Source: Clostridia bacterium
GTDB lineage: Bacteria > Bacillota > Clostridia > Christensenellales > CAG-1252
Direction: 5' to 3'
Length of the DNA stretch: 56,466 nt
Assembly: GCA_017961365.1 (NCBI GenBank)
Contig: JAGCXI010000035.1
Coordinates: 1 to 56,466 of the forward strand
Both the position numbers and the translations under genes were made by a program. Below the pieces are notes generated by a model. That model saw nothing but the letters and a program-made list of their open reading frames with translations, made no database searches and had not been told where the DNA came from. Shown here piece by piece: positions 39,613 through 50,200 of this stretch. The number at the start of each line of letters is the position of its first letter. Position 1 is the first letter of the stretch.

Positions 39613-39641
39613 TTGCTATTTTGCCCTTGATGTGATATGAT
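39613..39641 (+). promoter_or_regulatory. tRNA promoter
   Basis: TTGCTA-17-TATGAT with extended TG. Confidence 0.6.
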
Positions 39642-39693
39642 ATCCTGCGTAACGGGCTTGGGCGCTCCCCTTCCCGCAAAGTGTCATCTATAT

Positions 39694-39768
39694 GCTTCCG
39701 TAGTTAAATGGATATAACAGCCCCCTCCTAAGGGGCCGTTGTGGGTTCGATTCCCGCCGGGAGTACCA
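39694..39768 (+). tRNA. tRNA-Arg(CCT)
   Basis: Acceptor GCTTCCG/CGGGAGT, anticodon arm GCCCC-CT CCT AA-GGGGC, GGTTCGATTCC T-arm, encoded CCA. Confidence 0.96.
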
Positions 39769-39797
39769 AAAAGCAGTTCCGAATGAACTGCTTTTTT
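39768..39797 (+). terminator. tRNA terminator
   Basis: AAAAAGCAGTTC/GAACTGCTTTTT. Confidence 0.85.
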
Positions 39798-39803
39798 GCG
39801 TAT

Positions 39804-40119
39804 GAGCGGCGGGAATCGAATAGGGAGCCACTCGCTCGGCGAGTGCTTTGCGCAAGCAAAGTGAAAGTGCTATGATGCACTTTCAGCGGGTAGGCCCGTA
39901 CAGACGGGGATTCCCGCCGGGACATCCTTATTCACTCCCGGCGATGAATCTCACCCAAGGGTTCACGGCTTCGCCCCTCCCGGTCGCAATTACAAATTGC
40001 TCCCCGCTTTGGCTACCGACAGCGCACTGTGCTGTCGGCTTAACGCGTCGCGCCCGCCGGGAGTACCAAAAAGCCTCAAAAGAGGCTTTTCTTTTTTATC
40101 GTTAGGAAATCGAATAGGG
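39804..40119. repeat. tRNA-derived repeats with stacked palindromes
   Basis: Inverted T-arm copy 39807-39820; direct copies 39909-39922 and 40053-40074; second terminator 40068-40090. Confidence 0.75.
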
Positions 40120-40122
40120 GCT

Positions 40123-40707
40123 TTATCCTGCGATCAGAAGCATCGCCTTTACGACCATATCGTTTAAGGAATAACCTCTGACGAAGCCGAGCGAGATCGG
40201 GAAGAGCAGGAGGAGAATGAGGCTCGAAAAGACGATGAGCGTCACGGCACCGCATTTCCCTCCCCTGCTCGTCAATTTATGCGCATGGAAGGAAGCGATG
40301 ACGATCATCGCCACAAGAATCGCAATGATCGCATATGGCGAAAAGATAAACCAAATGAGATATCCGAGCAAGACGATGGCAAAGCGTATCACAAAAATCC
40401 CGACCAACGCAACAGCTCCCCCTATAAAGCTTATATTGTCTTTACTTTTAGCCGCTCCAACCCCAACAAGGATCACTGCCGTCAACATTGCAACGACGAT
40501 AGAGACCGTAAAAGGAACAGAAGTCCCCTTCCCGTCGGGGCTTGAAATAAAGGCAGAGAAACCCACGTGAGGGATAAACCTCGTCATGATGAGAAAAGGC
40601 AGATTTAAACGCGCCGAGATGAAGGTTATAAACGCCGCCGCGGCGAGCGCGGAAGCAACGGTGATGAAAATGCGAATATATCTCTTCCTATTCGCAAGAC
40701 TTTTCAT
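40123..40707 (-). CDS. Hypothetical membrane protein
   Basis: About 5-6 hydrophobic helices; starts 5 nt after the upstream stop. Confidence 0.7.
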   Translation of the reverse strand: MKSLANRKRYIRIFITVASALAAAAFITFISARLNLPFLIMTRFIPHVGFSAFISSPDGKGTSVPFTVSIVVAMLTAVILVGVGAAKSKDNISFIGGAVALVGIFVIRFAIVLLGYLIWFIFSPYAIIAILVAMIVIASFHAHKLTSRGGKCGAVTLIVFSSLILLLLFPISLGFVRGYSLNDMVVKAMLLIAG

Positions 40708-40712
40708 TTTGC

Positions 40713-41549
40713 TTACTTGCGATGAAGCAACTTATTGATCGCCGTGATGAGAAGTCGAATAACGAGCGCGACGAGCACGGAGATCATCGCGAACATAATG
40801 GCGAGAAGATAGACGCACATCACATAGATCGCCGCGGAAGTCATCGCTCCCGTCACGACGCGCATCGCTTTCATGCTGATGACGCCCACGATGATGGGCA
40901 CGATGGCGAAGATGGCGATCACCAAGATAAGACCGAGCTTCGCGCCCTCAATGTCCGGCTTACTGAGGCGCATATGGATCGCGATCATACAACCCAAAAG
41001 GAGCATCACCCACCAAGTCCAAGTCTTGAAATTCTCTACGGCGAACATCTTCCTGAAGAAGCCCGCGAATCCTTTGCCGATCAAGGGAAAATAGTCGCTC
41101 ATATTATAAGCGCCGCCGCTGAGGAGCTTCATCGCCACCGTTAAACTCGTAAAAGCGGGACGCACCAAAAGGAAAAGAAGCAGGAGCAGGATGCCCGATC
41201 CGAAGATGATGGGACCGACGCCGATAAAGAACTGCCCTATCTTTTGATAAATGTTTTTGGGATTATACGAATGTGTGACATAGCCGAGCGTGCCGTCATC
41301 CGAACTGGCTTGGAAGAGCTTGATCTCCGTGATCTTATGCGCGAAAACGAGGCAAAAGAAAGCGTGACCGAGCTCGTGGATCGGCGTGCCGATGACTGCC
41401 GTGGCGACGCAGACCGCATGGCTCTTCGTCCCGACGAAACGATAAAAAAGCGTATTCAGGCAGGCGATGATGACACCCGTCAAGATCACGGCTCCCACCC
41501 AAAACAAGACCTGCATCAAAGCCGCAACCAATATTTGTCCGAAATCCAT
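40713..41549 (-). CDS. Membrane zinc metalloprotease (M50-like)
   Basis: IHELGH in hydrophobic context, LGYV, IGVGP, HMRLSKPD; multiple TMs; AGGAG RBS. Confidence 0.75.
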   Translation of the reverse strand: MDFGQILVAALMQVLFWVGAVILTGVIIACLNTLFYRFVGTKSHAVCVATAVIGTPIHELGHAFFCLVFAHKITEIKLFQASSDDGTLGYVTHSYNPKNIYQKIGQFFIGVGPIIFGSGILLLLLFLLVRPAFTSLTVAMKLLSGGAYNMSDYFPLIGKGFAGFFRKMFAVENFKTWTWWVMLLLGCMIAIHMRLSKPDIEGAKLGLILVIAIFAIVPIIVGVISMKAMRVVTGAMTSAAIYVMCVYLLAIMFAMISVLVALVIRLLITAINKLLHRK

Positions 41550-41636
41550 TTTCTCACTCCTTTCCTTCGCCTCTCCTTACGGACGGCAAAGGGACCTTTC
41601 ACCTTCGTATTTTCGCTTCCCTTTCATGAAAAAGCA

Positions 41637-44600
41637 TCAATTATAGTAATAATTTGAATAATTGGAATAACGATCATAGTTCGTTAAGTCCCTATTATCC
41701 TCCAGATTGGAATAAGAATTCGCCATAACGCTATAATACGTGCTGACGAAAGCCATGCTCTTTCTGATCTCATTCCACGCCTCATGCGTGCCGCCGTAAT
41801 AGATCTGCATATCCGTGCGATACGAGCAGTCATAGAAAGCGAAGGTCCCGAGCTTTTTCACGGAAGACGGGAGCGCGATGGCGCTCAAACTGTCACAATT
41901 ACGGAACGCCGAGCTTTCGATGGTCTCAAGCCCTTGATTAAAGATCACGCAATTCAGATTCAAGCAATACGCAAACGCCTTACGATAAATGACTTTCACA
42001 TTGCTTCCGAAAGTCACGCGGAGGAGCCCGCTGCATTCATAGAACGCCCTCTCCCCTATCTTTTCAACGGAATTCGGAATGGCGACCGCAGTCAGAGAAT
42101 AACACCCCGAGAAGGCGGAACGAGAGATCGAGCGGAGGGAATTCGAGAAAGTGACCATACGAAGATTTCCGCACTGATAGAAAGCGCAGGTGCCGATGCT
42201 CGACGCATTCGAGAGATCGAAGGTCGTCAAAGAATCACAGGCACGGAAAGCATTGCTCGGGACTTTCTCCACGGGTTGCAGATATTTGACAGTCAGAAGG
42301 TTGCGCGCCTTGCGATAAGCCGATTCGGCGATGGAGGACTGATTCGTGACCGTCACCGACTGGATCCAAGACACGCCCTTCGTGCCGAGGAGATAAGAAA
42401 GCGGCTTGGGCGATTTTTCCTTGCCGATACGGTTCACGACCAAGCTGACAAGATCCGGACAATTCGCAAAAGCGTATTCCTTGATTTTCGTGTCCGATCC
42501 GTCGATCGTGACCGACAAAAGACGGCTCTTCTCGAATGCGCTTTTCCCGATGACCTTTAAAGCTTCCGTCCCCGTGAAATAATCAATCGAAGTGTCATAG
42601 AAGGCATAGTTCCCGATCTCCGTAAGCTCTCCGCATTCGAAATCGGAGAAATACGTACAATCGCGGAAGGCATCCTTCTTAACGACCGTCACGTTCCTGC
42701 CCACGACGGAGCAAAGGGAGGTACAGCCGGAGAAAGCCTTCGCGGGGATGGTCGTCTGCTCATCCGAGAGCGTCATGGAGACAAGGCTCGAACAGCCGGA
42801 GAAACAGCCTGCTTTCTTGATGGGACGAATGATCTCCAAGCGTCCGATATAGCGCCTGCTCTCCCCGAACACTTTTTTCATCGTGCGATCCAATTCGTAA
42901 ATGCTGACGTCATAGAGGTTGTCGCACTCGGCGAAAGCCTTCTTCCCGATCGAAAGATCGGTGGCGGCGGTAAGATCGACGGAAAGGAGATCCTCCGCGT
43001 CGCGGAAGGCATTCTTCCCGATGTCGTGAAGATCCGCACTCGCTTTATAAGAAAGAATGCCGGACTCACGGAAAGCATCCGCCTTGATCAAGGTGACCAT
43101 CGCTTCGCAAGGGACTTTATCCAAACTATAACAGCGGAAGAAAGCTTTCTTGCCGATGCTTGTCACGCCGTTCAAGGTCAAACGCGAGAGGAAGAAACAC
43201 TCGCCGAACGCTTCATCCGGAATGGTCTCGACGGGCGACTCCAGAACAAGATCCGTCAAATAATAACATCCGTTGAAAGCCCCTTTCGCAAGCTCTGTCT
43301 GCGAGAAGATCGAGATGGAAAGGACATTCGCGCGGCTTTCGCCGAAAACCGTCTCCATCGTAGAAGGCTTTCCTTTGGTGTAAAGGCGGCTGAGCGACAC
43401 GGAAGTGAGATCATCACACCGGTCGAAAGCGCCCTCCCCGCAAGAGAGTTCTTCATGCGTGAGAGATACGCTCGTCAATTCGGAATTTGCAAAGGCGCCC
43501 TCGCCGATATAAGCCAAAGAAGGCAGATCCGACAAACGACGAATGGCGGTGTCCCGATACGCATTTTTCTCGATGCGCTCCACCGCGTCAAACGAGACAG
43601 AAGAGAGCCATTCGCAGCCGCGGAAAGCCTCCTCTTTCACGACAGTGACGGCGGGCGCTTCCACGGAGGTAAGCGCAGTGCAGCCCTTAAAGGCGCGCGC
43701 GGGAATGACCGTCTGATCTTCCGCAAGATAGACGGAACATAAGCTTTCGCACCCCTCGAAGCACCCTTCTTTCTCGCATTTTCCGCTGAGACCGACGGCG
43801 GTGATGATATCCTTCGTCGAGCCGAAGATATCCTCCATCGTGGCATGGGATTTTTGCGAGCCCAAATACGCCAAAGAAACGGAGGACAGCTGCTTACAAT
43901 CGGTGAAAGCTTTCCTGCCGAGCTTGGCGTCAAAGGACTCGGAAGTATCAAGCGTCGAGAGGTCGGATGCGGCGAAAGCCCTGTCCCCCACCTTCTCCAA
44001 CGCCGCGGTGCCGATAAAGGCGGTGACGCCCGTATACGAGAACGCCTCCGCGCCCACTTCGACCAAAGTGTCCATGCTCGGCACGCTTCTCAGGTTCTCA
44101 CAGCCATAGAAAGCGCCCGTGCCGATGCGGAGCAGATTCACGGCGTCCACGATCGCAAGCGCGGCGCAGTCCTTGAAGCAATACTTGGGGATCTCTTCGA
44201 TCCTCTCTCCGAGCACCACTTTATACAAAGAGCCGCATCCTTCGAACGCCGACGTCGCCAAAGACGCCTGATCCGTCACGTAGACCGTCTCCACCGACGA
44301 AACGGAAGAGCCCAATACGGACTTCAACGTGCGCGGAGACTTGTCCGAACCGATCGCGGCGCAACGGAAGGAAGCAAGCATCGGGCAGTCTGCGAAGACT
44401 TGCTTGCCGAGCGTCAGGCTCGGATCCATAATGCTCGCCGATTTCAGATATTGACAGCCCGCGAAAGCCTTGTCTCCGATCTCGGTGACGACCGAGCCCG
44501 AAGCATAAGACTCAAGCGCGGTATTCGCAAACGCCTCTTTCCCGATGGTGGTGATCCCCGCGAAGGAGATATCGCGGAAATTGGAACAATTCTTAAAGCC

Positions 44601-47237
44601 CGCCTCTTCCACCTTCGTGATGGTATTACAAGAGAGAGAGACCAAGGACTCGCAGTCTTTAAATCCGTCCTTGACGACCACCATTTCCGCAGAGTCGAGG
44701 ATCGTGATCTTGCGGAGGGTCTTCTTGCCTTCCGCAGAGATGAAATATCCCATATCCTTGAAAGCGCCGATCTCATCCCCGATGAAAGGAAGAGTGATGG
44801 CGTCGAGCGCGCCGCATCCGTAAAGGATCCCTTTCTCGATGCGGGTCACCGTGCCGCGAAGCTTCATGTCGGAAAGACTTTCGCAATTCTCGAAAAGCTT
44901 CTTGGGGAGCGTCGAATCGGAAAAGACGAGATCCACCCTTTCCAAGCTCTCGCAGGAGGAGAAAGCTCCCTTCCCGATCTCGAGCGAAGGCGCGAGCGAA
45001 GCGCAGCGCAACTCACGAATAAAAGCGCAATTCGCAAAAGCATAATCGCCGATCGAGACATAACGATCGAGATACGCCTTGGAAGACGCCGTGCCGTAAA
45101 AGGCTTTATCTCCCACCTCACGCGCGAAAGAGACCTTCTGCGCGGCATCCAAACAGGCACAATCTTTAAAGGCGCCGTCTCCGACGATCGAGACATTCTT
45201 TCCGCCCGTCAGCTCCTCGAGAACAAGGCATCCCTTAAAGCAATACGCGGGGATCTCCGTCGTAGCGGAATGCAGCTTCACGGTGGTCAAAGCGTCGCAA
45301 TTTTCAAAAGCATGCGCGCCGAGCGTAACTTCCGAGGAAGAAAGATCCACAGTCTCCAACGCATCGCAATTTCGGAAGGCATTCGCGCCGACCGTCTTGC
45401 AATTCGCCCCTCCGAAAAAGCGCTGAATTTGATTCGGCAAGAGGAAGGAATTCGCCGCGACGCCGATGATCTCATAATCCTCATAGGTCTTGGGGAGCGA
45501 GACCTCCGTCAGACTCCTATCGAAGAGACCCGCGACGACCATCGTATGATCCGCGCGACGATTATAATAATAAGACTCGTCATAAGCGTCATAACGCCCC
45601 ATGAAATAACAGCCCGTGACCAAAAGCAGGAAGGTGATGATCCCGAGGGAGCACGCCCATCTGCGGCCTTTGCCGCATTTTTTCCCATAATCGCTCTTCT
45701 TGTCGCGCTTCTTTCCGTAGGGGCGGTCATACGCCTTATTTCGACTGACGACGCCGCATATCGTGATATACGTCACGACGAGCAAGGTCACGAGCGCCGT
45801 CAAAGCAAGCTGACCGATGAGCTGATCGATCAAGGTGTAACGATAGATCCCATATACGGCGAGAAGCCCCGCAAAGAAGAAGAAGGAGAAAGTGACGGGC
45901 GCTTTGCGAAGCGCGCTTTCTTTCTTATTCAACTTCGCGATCTCCTCTTCCGCCAAGGTGTCCAAAAGAAGCCCGAGGAGGACTCGGCTCATATCGAAAA
46001 GAAGTGCTTCGTCGGGCATCTCCTCGATGCAGCTCGCGTTGTCGGCAAAATCCTGCAAAAGACCGCTGAGCTTCGGATCTTTCCTATAATCCTTGCCGAG
46101 ATCCGCGGCGTCGAGATTATAAAGATCCCACGCCGTCTTCACCTCCTTCCCCTCGGACAAAGAAGAGGCATTCTTCTGTATATAACGCACGTACTCGCAG
46201 AAGAATCTCAACGCCTGCTTCGCGCCGACGCTGCGTCCCACGTCCGCAAAACCTGTCTTCTCGGACTTATTCGAAACGTCGAAATGACCCGTCTTGAGAT
46301 CAAAATTACATTTTGCTTTTCCCGCGGACTTAAAAAGGAACTTGGGGAGGGTATAATTCGGATAAACGAGACGATCGCCTTCGAGATCTACGCGGAAAGA
46401 CGCGTACTTCTTCAAAGCGGTGTAATCTCCGAGAGAGATATACGAAGAAAAGATCTTCTCATAATCCACGTTCTTTTTCCCGATCGCGCTCTCGATGACG
46501 GCGACGCGCGAAAGGATCTTGTCCCATTTGATGGGGCGGAACCAAGATTTATCCGTGCCCGGATATTTGACATTCTTGCTGACGATATATTTATCGTAGA
46601 AAGCTTCTTTCTTCTTTTTCCAAAACTCTGCGAAAAGTTCTTTTCTCCGCGCCGCGCGCTCCTGCGCCGCTTCGATCTCGCTGACCAGCTTACGAACGAA
46701 GAGGAGGACGTCCACCTTCTCTTCCCTGTCATCGCCTTTGAGACCGAATTCGTCCGCGATGCCGTCGCTATAGAAATTCGTCGCCGCGATCTTCTCTTTT
46801 ACCTTATTACAAGCGGTTTTGAGAACCTTTTCGCAACTATAATCCTTCGCGTCGTCCAGATCATGCAAAAAAGCGAAAAGAAGCATCTTGGCGTCATAGC
46901 CGATCTTGTCATGCTCTGCGGCTTTGGGCAAAGTGTCTCCGTACTTCGCGGAAACGCAATAATCCGTCGGCTTCCTCAGGATCTTCGCCTTATACGCCAG
47001 ATAGTCAAGAGCGGAAGTGTCCAACGCTGCGATGCCGACGGAAGGATCCCACGTCCCGCCTATCTTCTCTTCGACGGCGGCGCAATACGCCTCAAAGCTG
47101 TCATACAGCGGGCGAAACATCGTCTCGCCCTTATCCGTAAGAACGATCTTGGAGTCATAGAGCCAATGATCCGGCCTTCCGAGAGAATGCCAGACGGCTC
47201 TTTCCGACCATTTTATTTCTGTATCACCTATTCCCAT
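41637..47237 (-). CDS. Large BspA/TpLRR (LRR_5) membrane protein with ~440-aa N-terminal domain
   Basis: Dozens of IGxxAFxxCxxL repeats after three TM segments. Confidence 0.9.
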   Translation of the reverse strand: MGIGDTEIKWSERAVWHSLGRPDHWLYDSKIVLTDKGETMFRPLYDSFEAYCAAVEEKIGGTWDPSVGIAALDTSALDYLAYKAKILRKPTDYCVSAKYGDTLPKAAEHDKIGYDAKMLLFAFLHDLDDAKDYSCEKVLKTACNKVKEKIAATNFYSDGIADEFGLKGDDREEKVDVLLFVRKLVSEIEAAQERAARRKELFAEFWKKKKEAFYDKYIVSKNVKYPGTDKSWFRPIKWDKILSRVAVIESAIGKKNVDYEKIFSSYISLGDYTALKKYASFRVDLEGDRLVYPNYTLPKFLFKSAGKAKCNFDLKTGHFDVSNKSEKTGFADVGRSVGAKQALRFFCEYVRYIQKNASSLSEGKEVKTAWDLYNLDAADLGKDYRKDPKLSGLLQDFADNASCIEEMPDEALLFDMSRVLLGLLLDTLAEEEIAKLNKKESALRKAPVTFSFFFFAGLLAVYGIYRYTLIDQLIGQLALTALVTLLVVTYITICGVVSRNKAYDRPYGKKRDKKSDYGKKCGKGRRWACSLGIITFLLLVTGCYFMGRYDAYDESYYYNRRADHTMVVAGLFDRSLTEVSLPKTYEDYEIIGVAANSFLLPNQIQRFFGGANCKTVGANAFRNCDALETVDLSSSEVTLGAHAFENCDALTTVKLHSATTEIPAYCFKGCLVLEELTGGKNVSIVGDGAFKDCACLDAAQKVSFAREVGDKAFYGTASSKAYLDRYVSIGDYAFANCAFIRELRCASLAPSLEIGKGAFSSCESLERVDLVFSDSTLPKKLFENCESLSDMKLRGTVTRIEKGILYGCGALDAITLPFIGDEIGAFKDMGYFISAEGKKTLRKITILDSAEMVVVKDGFKDCESLVSLSCNTITKVEEAGFKNCSNFRDISFAGITTIGKEAFANTALESYASGSVVTEIGDKAFAGCQYLKSASIMDPSLTLGKQVFADCPMLASFRCAAIGSDKSPRTLKSVLGSSVSSVETVYVTDQASLATSAFEGCGSLYKVVLGERIEEIPKYCFKDCAALAIVDAVNLLRIGTGAFYGCENLRSVPSMDTLVEVGAEAFSYTGVTAFIGTAALEKVGDRAFAASDLSTLDTSESFDAKLGRKAFTDCKQLSSVSLAYLGSQKSHATMEDIFGSTKDIITAVGLSGKCEKEGCFEGCESLCSVYLAEDQTVIPARAFKGCTALTSVEAPAVTVVKEEAFRGCEWLSSVSFDAVERIEKNAYRDTAIRRLSDLPSLAYIGEGAFANSELTSVSLTHEELSCGEGAFDRCDDLTSVSLSRLYTKGKPSTMETVFGESRANVLSISIFSQTELAKGAFNGCYYLTDLVLESPVETIPDEAFGECFFLSRLTLNGVTSIGKKAFFRCYSLDKVPCEAMVTLIKADAFRESGILSYKASADLHDIGKNAFRDAEDLLSVDLTAATDLSIGKKAFAECDNLYDVSIYELDRTMKKVFGESRRYIGRLEIIRPIKKAGCFSGCSSLVSMTLSDEQTTIPAKAFSGCTSLCSVVGRNVTVVKKDAFRDCTYFSDFECGELTEIGNYAFYDTSIDYFTGTEALKVIGKSAFEKSRLLSVTIDGSDTKIKEYAFANCPDLVSLVVNRIGKEKSPKPLSYLLGTKGVSWIQSVTVTNQSSIAESAYRKARNLLTVKYLQPVEKVPSNAFRACDSLTTFDLSNASSIGTCAFYQCGNLRMVTFSNSLRSISRSAFSGCYSLTAVAIPNSVEKIGERAFYECSGLLRVTFGSNVKVIYRKAFAYCLNLNCVIFNQGLETIESSAFRNCDSLSAIALPSSVKKLGTFAFYDCSYRTDMQIYYGGTHEAWNEIRKSMAFVSTYYSVMANSYSNLEDNRDLTNYDRYSNYSNYYYN

Positions 47238-47259
47238 TTTGCTTTATTCTCCTGCTGTA

Positions 47260-50200
47260 TTATTGCGGCACGACGAAGCTTGTCGCGGGATTCGTAATCG
47301 AGATGTTTTGAGTGCCTTTCGTCGAGACGCGAACATACCAAGTACCGGGGTTTTGGAAGACATAACTCTCCGGCTGTGTCGTAGACTGCCAATTCACCGG
47401 ATCCGAATAATAAACGAAATTCAAGAGCGCGATAATATTCGGATCGGAAGAGACGGCGGCTTTGAGATCATCCTCCGTAGCGTAAGACCGATTCTCTCCG
47501 ACGTAATGCGAATTCGGGATGTCCAAAGTCAATTGCTTCATCGTAACGAAACACGAACCGTTACCTTCGTAATTTCCGGAGGTATTACTGCAACGCCAAT
47601 CGAATGCCTTCTGTCCCCCGATTTTAAAGGTCACTTCGGGATATTCCGCGTCTCCGTTATAGAGAATGACGTCGGAAAGAGCCTCACCGTCCACAAGCAA
47701 GCGGAACTTATAACTTGTGCTGCCCGCGAAGACGATGCCCGTCGTCTCTTCATAGTCTTGCCAACCGGACACCTCATCGTCTCCTGCTCTCAAGTACTGC
47801 AAGGTAAGTCCGTCATTCAAGGAGAGCGTTCTCGGATTGATCGTCCATTCGATCTTCGCCGTGCGCTTGTAATTCGTCAAGGCATTGATCTTATTGTCCC
47901 CCGCTTCGAAGAAATAATTCTCTGTCGTCAATTTGACATAACCGTCATATTGACCTGCGTCTTGCTTCGTCAGATCGACCGTATCGATATAATTCGCAGC
48001 GTCCGCAACGTCGATGGTATATCCGATGGTTCGATTCGTTCCGTTATAGGTGCATTCTATGGTTCGATTCGTTTCATTATAGGTGAATCCTGTGATCGTC
48101 ACGCTGAGGGTGACTGCCTTCGGATCGATATACCAATACACTGTCGCCGCATGCGCGTCGTCCTTCAAATCATCCACGCCCGTGCCTTTCACGAAGCAAT
48201 AATCCGACGAAGTCAAAGTCACGGTCGCAGTATAGGGCGAGGAAGAAGCATTCACTTCCGCAAGACCTTCTTCCGTGATGTAATTCTTCGCATCCTCAAC
48301 GTCCAAATCATACGTGATCTCCCTTTGCGCATTCTTCGCGTACTCAAATCTCTTTGCGGAGGTCACGGCAATCGTGACGGGTTTCGGATCGATGGACCAA
48401 GAATAGGTCGTCTGCGTGCTAATGGTGTAATACGCGGCTTGATCGGGCTTTAAAGTGACCTGCACTTGATAATTGCCGGCATGCGTCGCCGCATCGCCCG
48501 ATATCGTACAAACGCCTTTCTTATCGGCATTCGACGAATTCGTTACGGACACGCCGATGGTCTGCTCCGTTCCGGAATACAAATCGTTCGCACGAGCATC
48601 ATTGAAGACGACAGTCAGTTTCGCCTTTTCGATCGACCAACTGAATTCTTTTTCGTCTCCGCCCCCAATGAAGCGATAATTGCTCGTCAGCGTGAAGGTC
48701 GCCGTATACTCACCGATATCCTTCTCCTGGATCGCGCTTGTGCTCTCGAAAGTCGCCGTGGAGGGCGAGAGCGTATACTCCAAAGTGATATATGCGCCCG
48801 TGTACTCATACTTAAACTTCGTCACATCCAAGGAGACTTCACACTTCGCGATCGTCCAAGCGAAGCTCTTCTGATAGATCGGCTCGCCTTGCGCCGTCCA
48901 ACCGAAGCAATAATTATTCTGATTCACAGCCTTAATGGTCGCATATGCCGTATAGCTGCCTGCGTCGGTCGCTTGATTCCCCGATACGTCGAAAAGGTCG
49001 GACGCTTCGAAAGCATAGGTCTTCAATTCATTGCTATAGGTCAGATTTTGTCCCGCTTTCGGCGTGGCAGTGATCTCCGCTTTCTTGATCGTCCAAGGCG
49101 CAGAGGCTTTATCTCCGCTCTTGCTCCAGCCCGAAGGATAGCTCGCGATCGTATAATTCGCGCTCGCCGGCGACACTTCCGCCGTATAGGAATTTGCCAC
49201 CGTACCCGTATTTGCGCTGACATTGATGGAGCTTGCGCCCGCATTGGAAACCACGGTGAAAGTCTTCTGGGATCCGTTATAGGTAAATTCGGAGCCGGAA
49301 GGACCGACGCTGAGGGTGATGCCCCAAGGCGCAATGGACCAGCCGAGGCTTACGCTCGTCATGCTTCCCGCGAAGGTATAGTTCGTCTGATATGCGCTCT
49401 TGATCTCCACGGTCGCCATATACTCGGTGCTTGCATTCGTGCCGGTATTCCCCGTGACGGAGGTCACTTTCCCGCTGTCCGCGGCTCTCTCGCCCGTCAC
49501 GTTGATCTCTTTCGTCTGCGAACTGCCGTTATAGGTCAGCGAAGAAGATCCGAGCGCTGCCGTAAGCGTCCTCTTGGCGATATTCACGGTATGAATCGCC
49601 GAGCTCTCGAGCACGTAATTCGCCCAACTGCCGGCATCCGCATCCACCGTGATGACATATCCGCCTTCCTTATGATCCACCGCGCTGAAATCGATCTGCA
49701 CCTGCGAACCGGAATAATTCTTCACGCCCGCATCCGCCGTGACCGAAACGCGACCCTGCAAGGACGCGGCGCTATGCGCGCATATATTCTGCACGGAGAT
49801 CGTCAGCTGATTCGTATTTCCGTAAGTGCAATTCGTATGATCACTCGTCGTCCCGAAAGAAATGGTGACGGGGCGTTTCGTGATCTCCCAGGTCAAGTCT
49901 GTCTCGCCTCCGTAAGCGTAATTCGCGGCATTGCTGAGCCCCGAGACTACGATATGATAAACGCCGACATTCGTCTCGCTCTGCGTCGTATTCGCCCCGA
50001 AGGTGATCTCATTACGATCGAGCGCCACCCCGTCAAAGAGGATGGTCGGCGTATGCGCAACGCCGTCATAGACAATGCTGTCGTCGCCCGTCTTCAACGT
50101 GACGGAGGAGACATTCTTCTTATTCACCGTAAAGACGGCTTTACTTCCCGTCACCACCGCATAGTTCGCGCAGAGCTCGGAGATCCCGACGGTGTACGTG

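Noticed and set aside
40030-40068. Second tRNA gene ending in ACCA
   Set aside because: Only the 3' acceptor strand is present; no D-arm, anticodon arm or TTC loop
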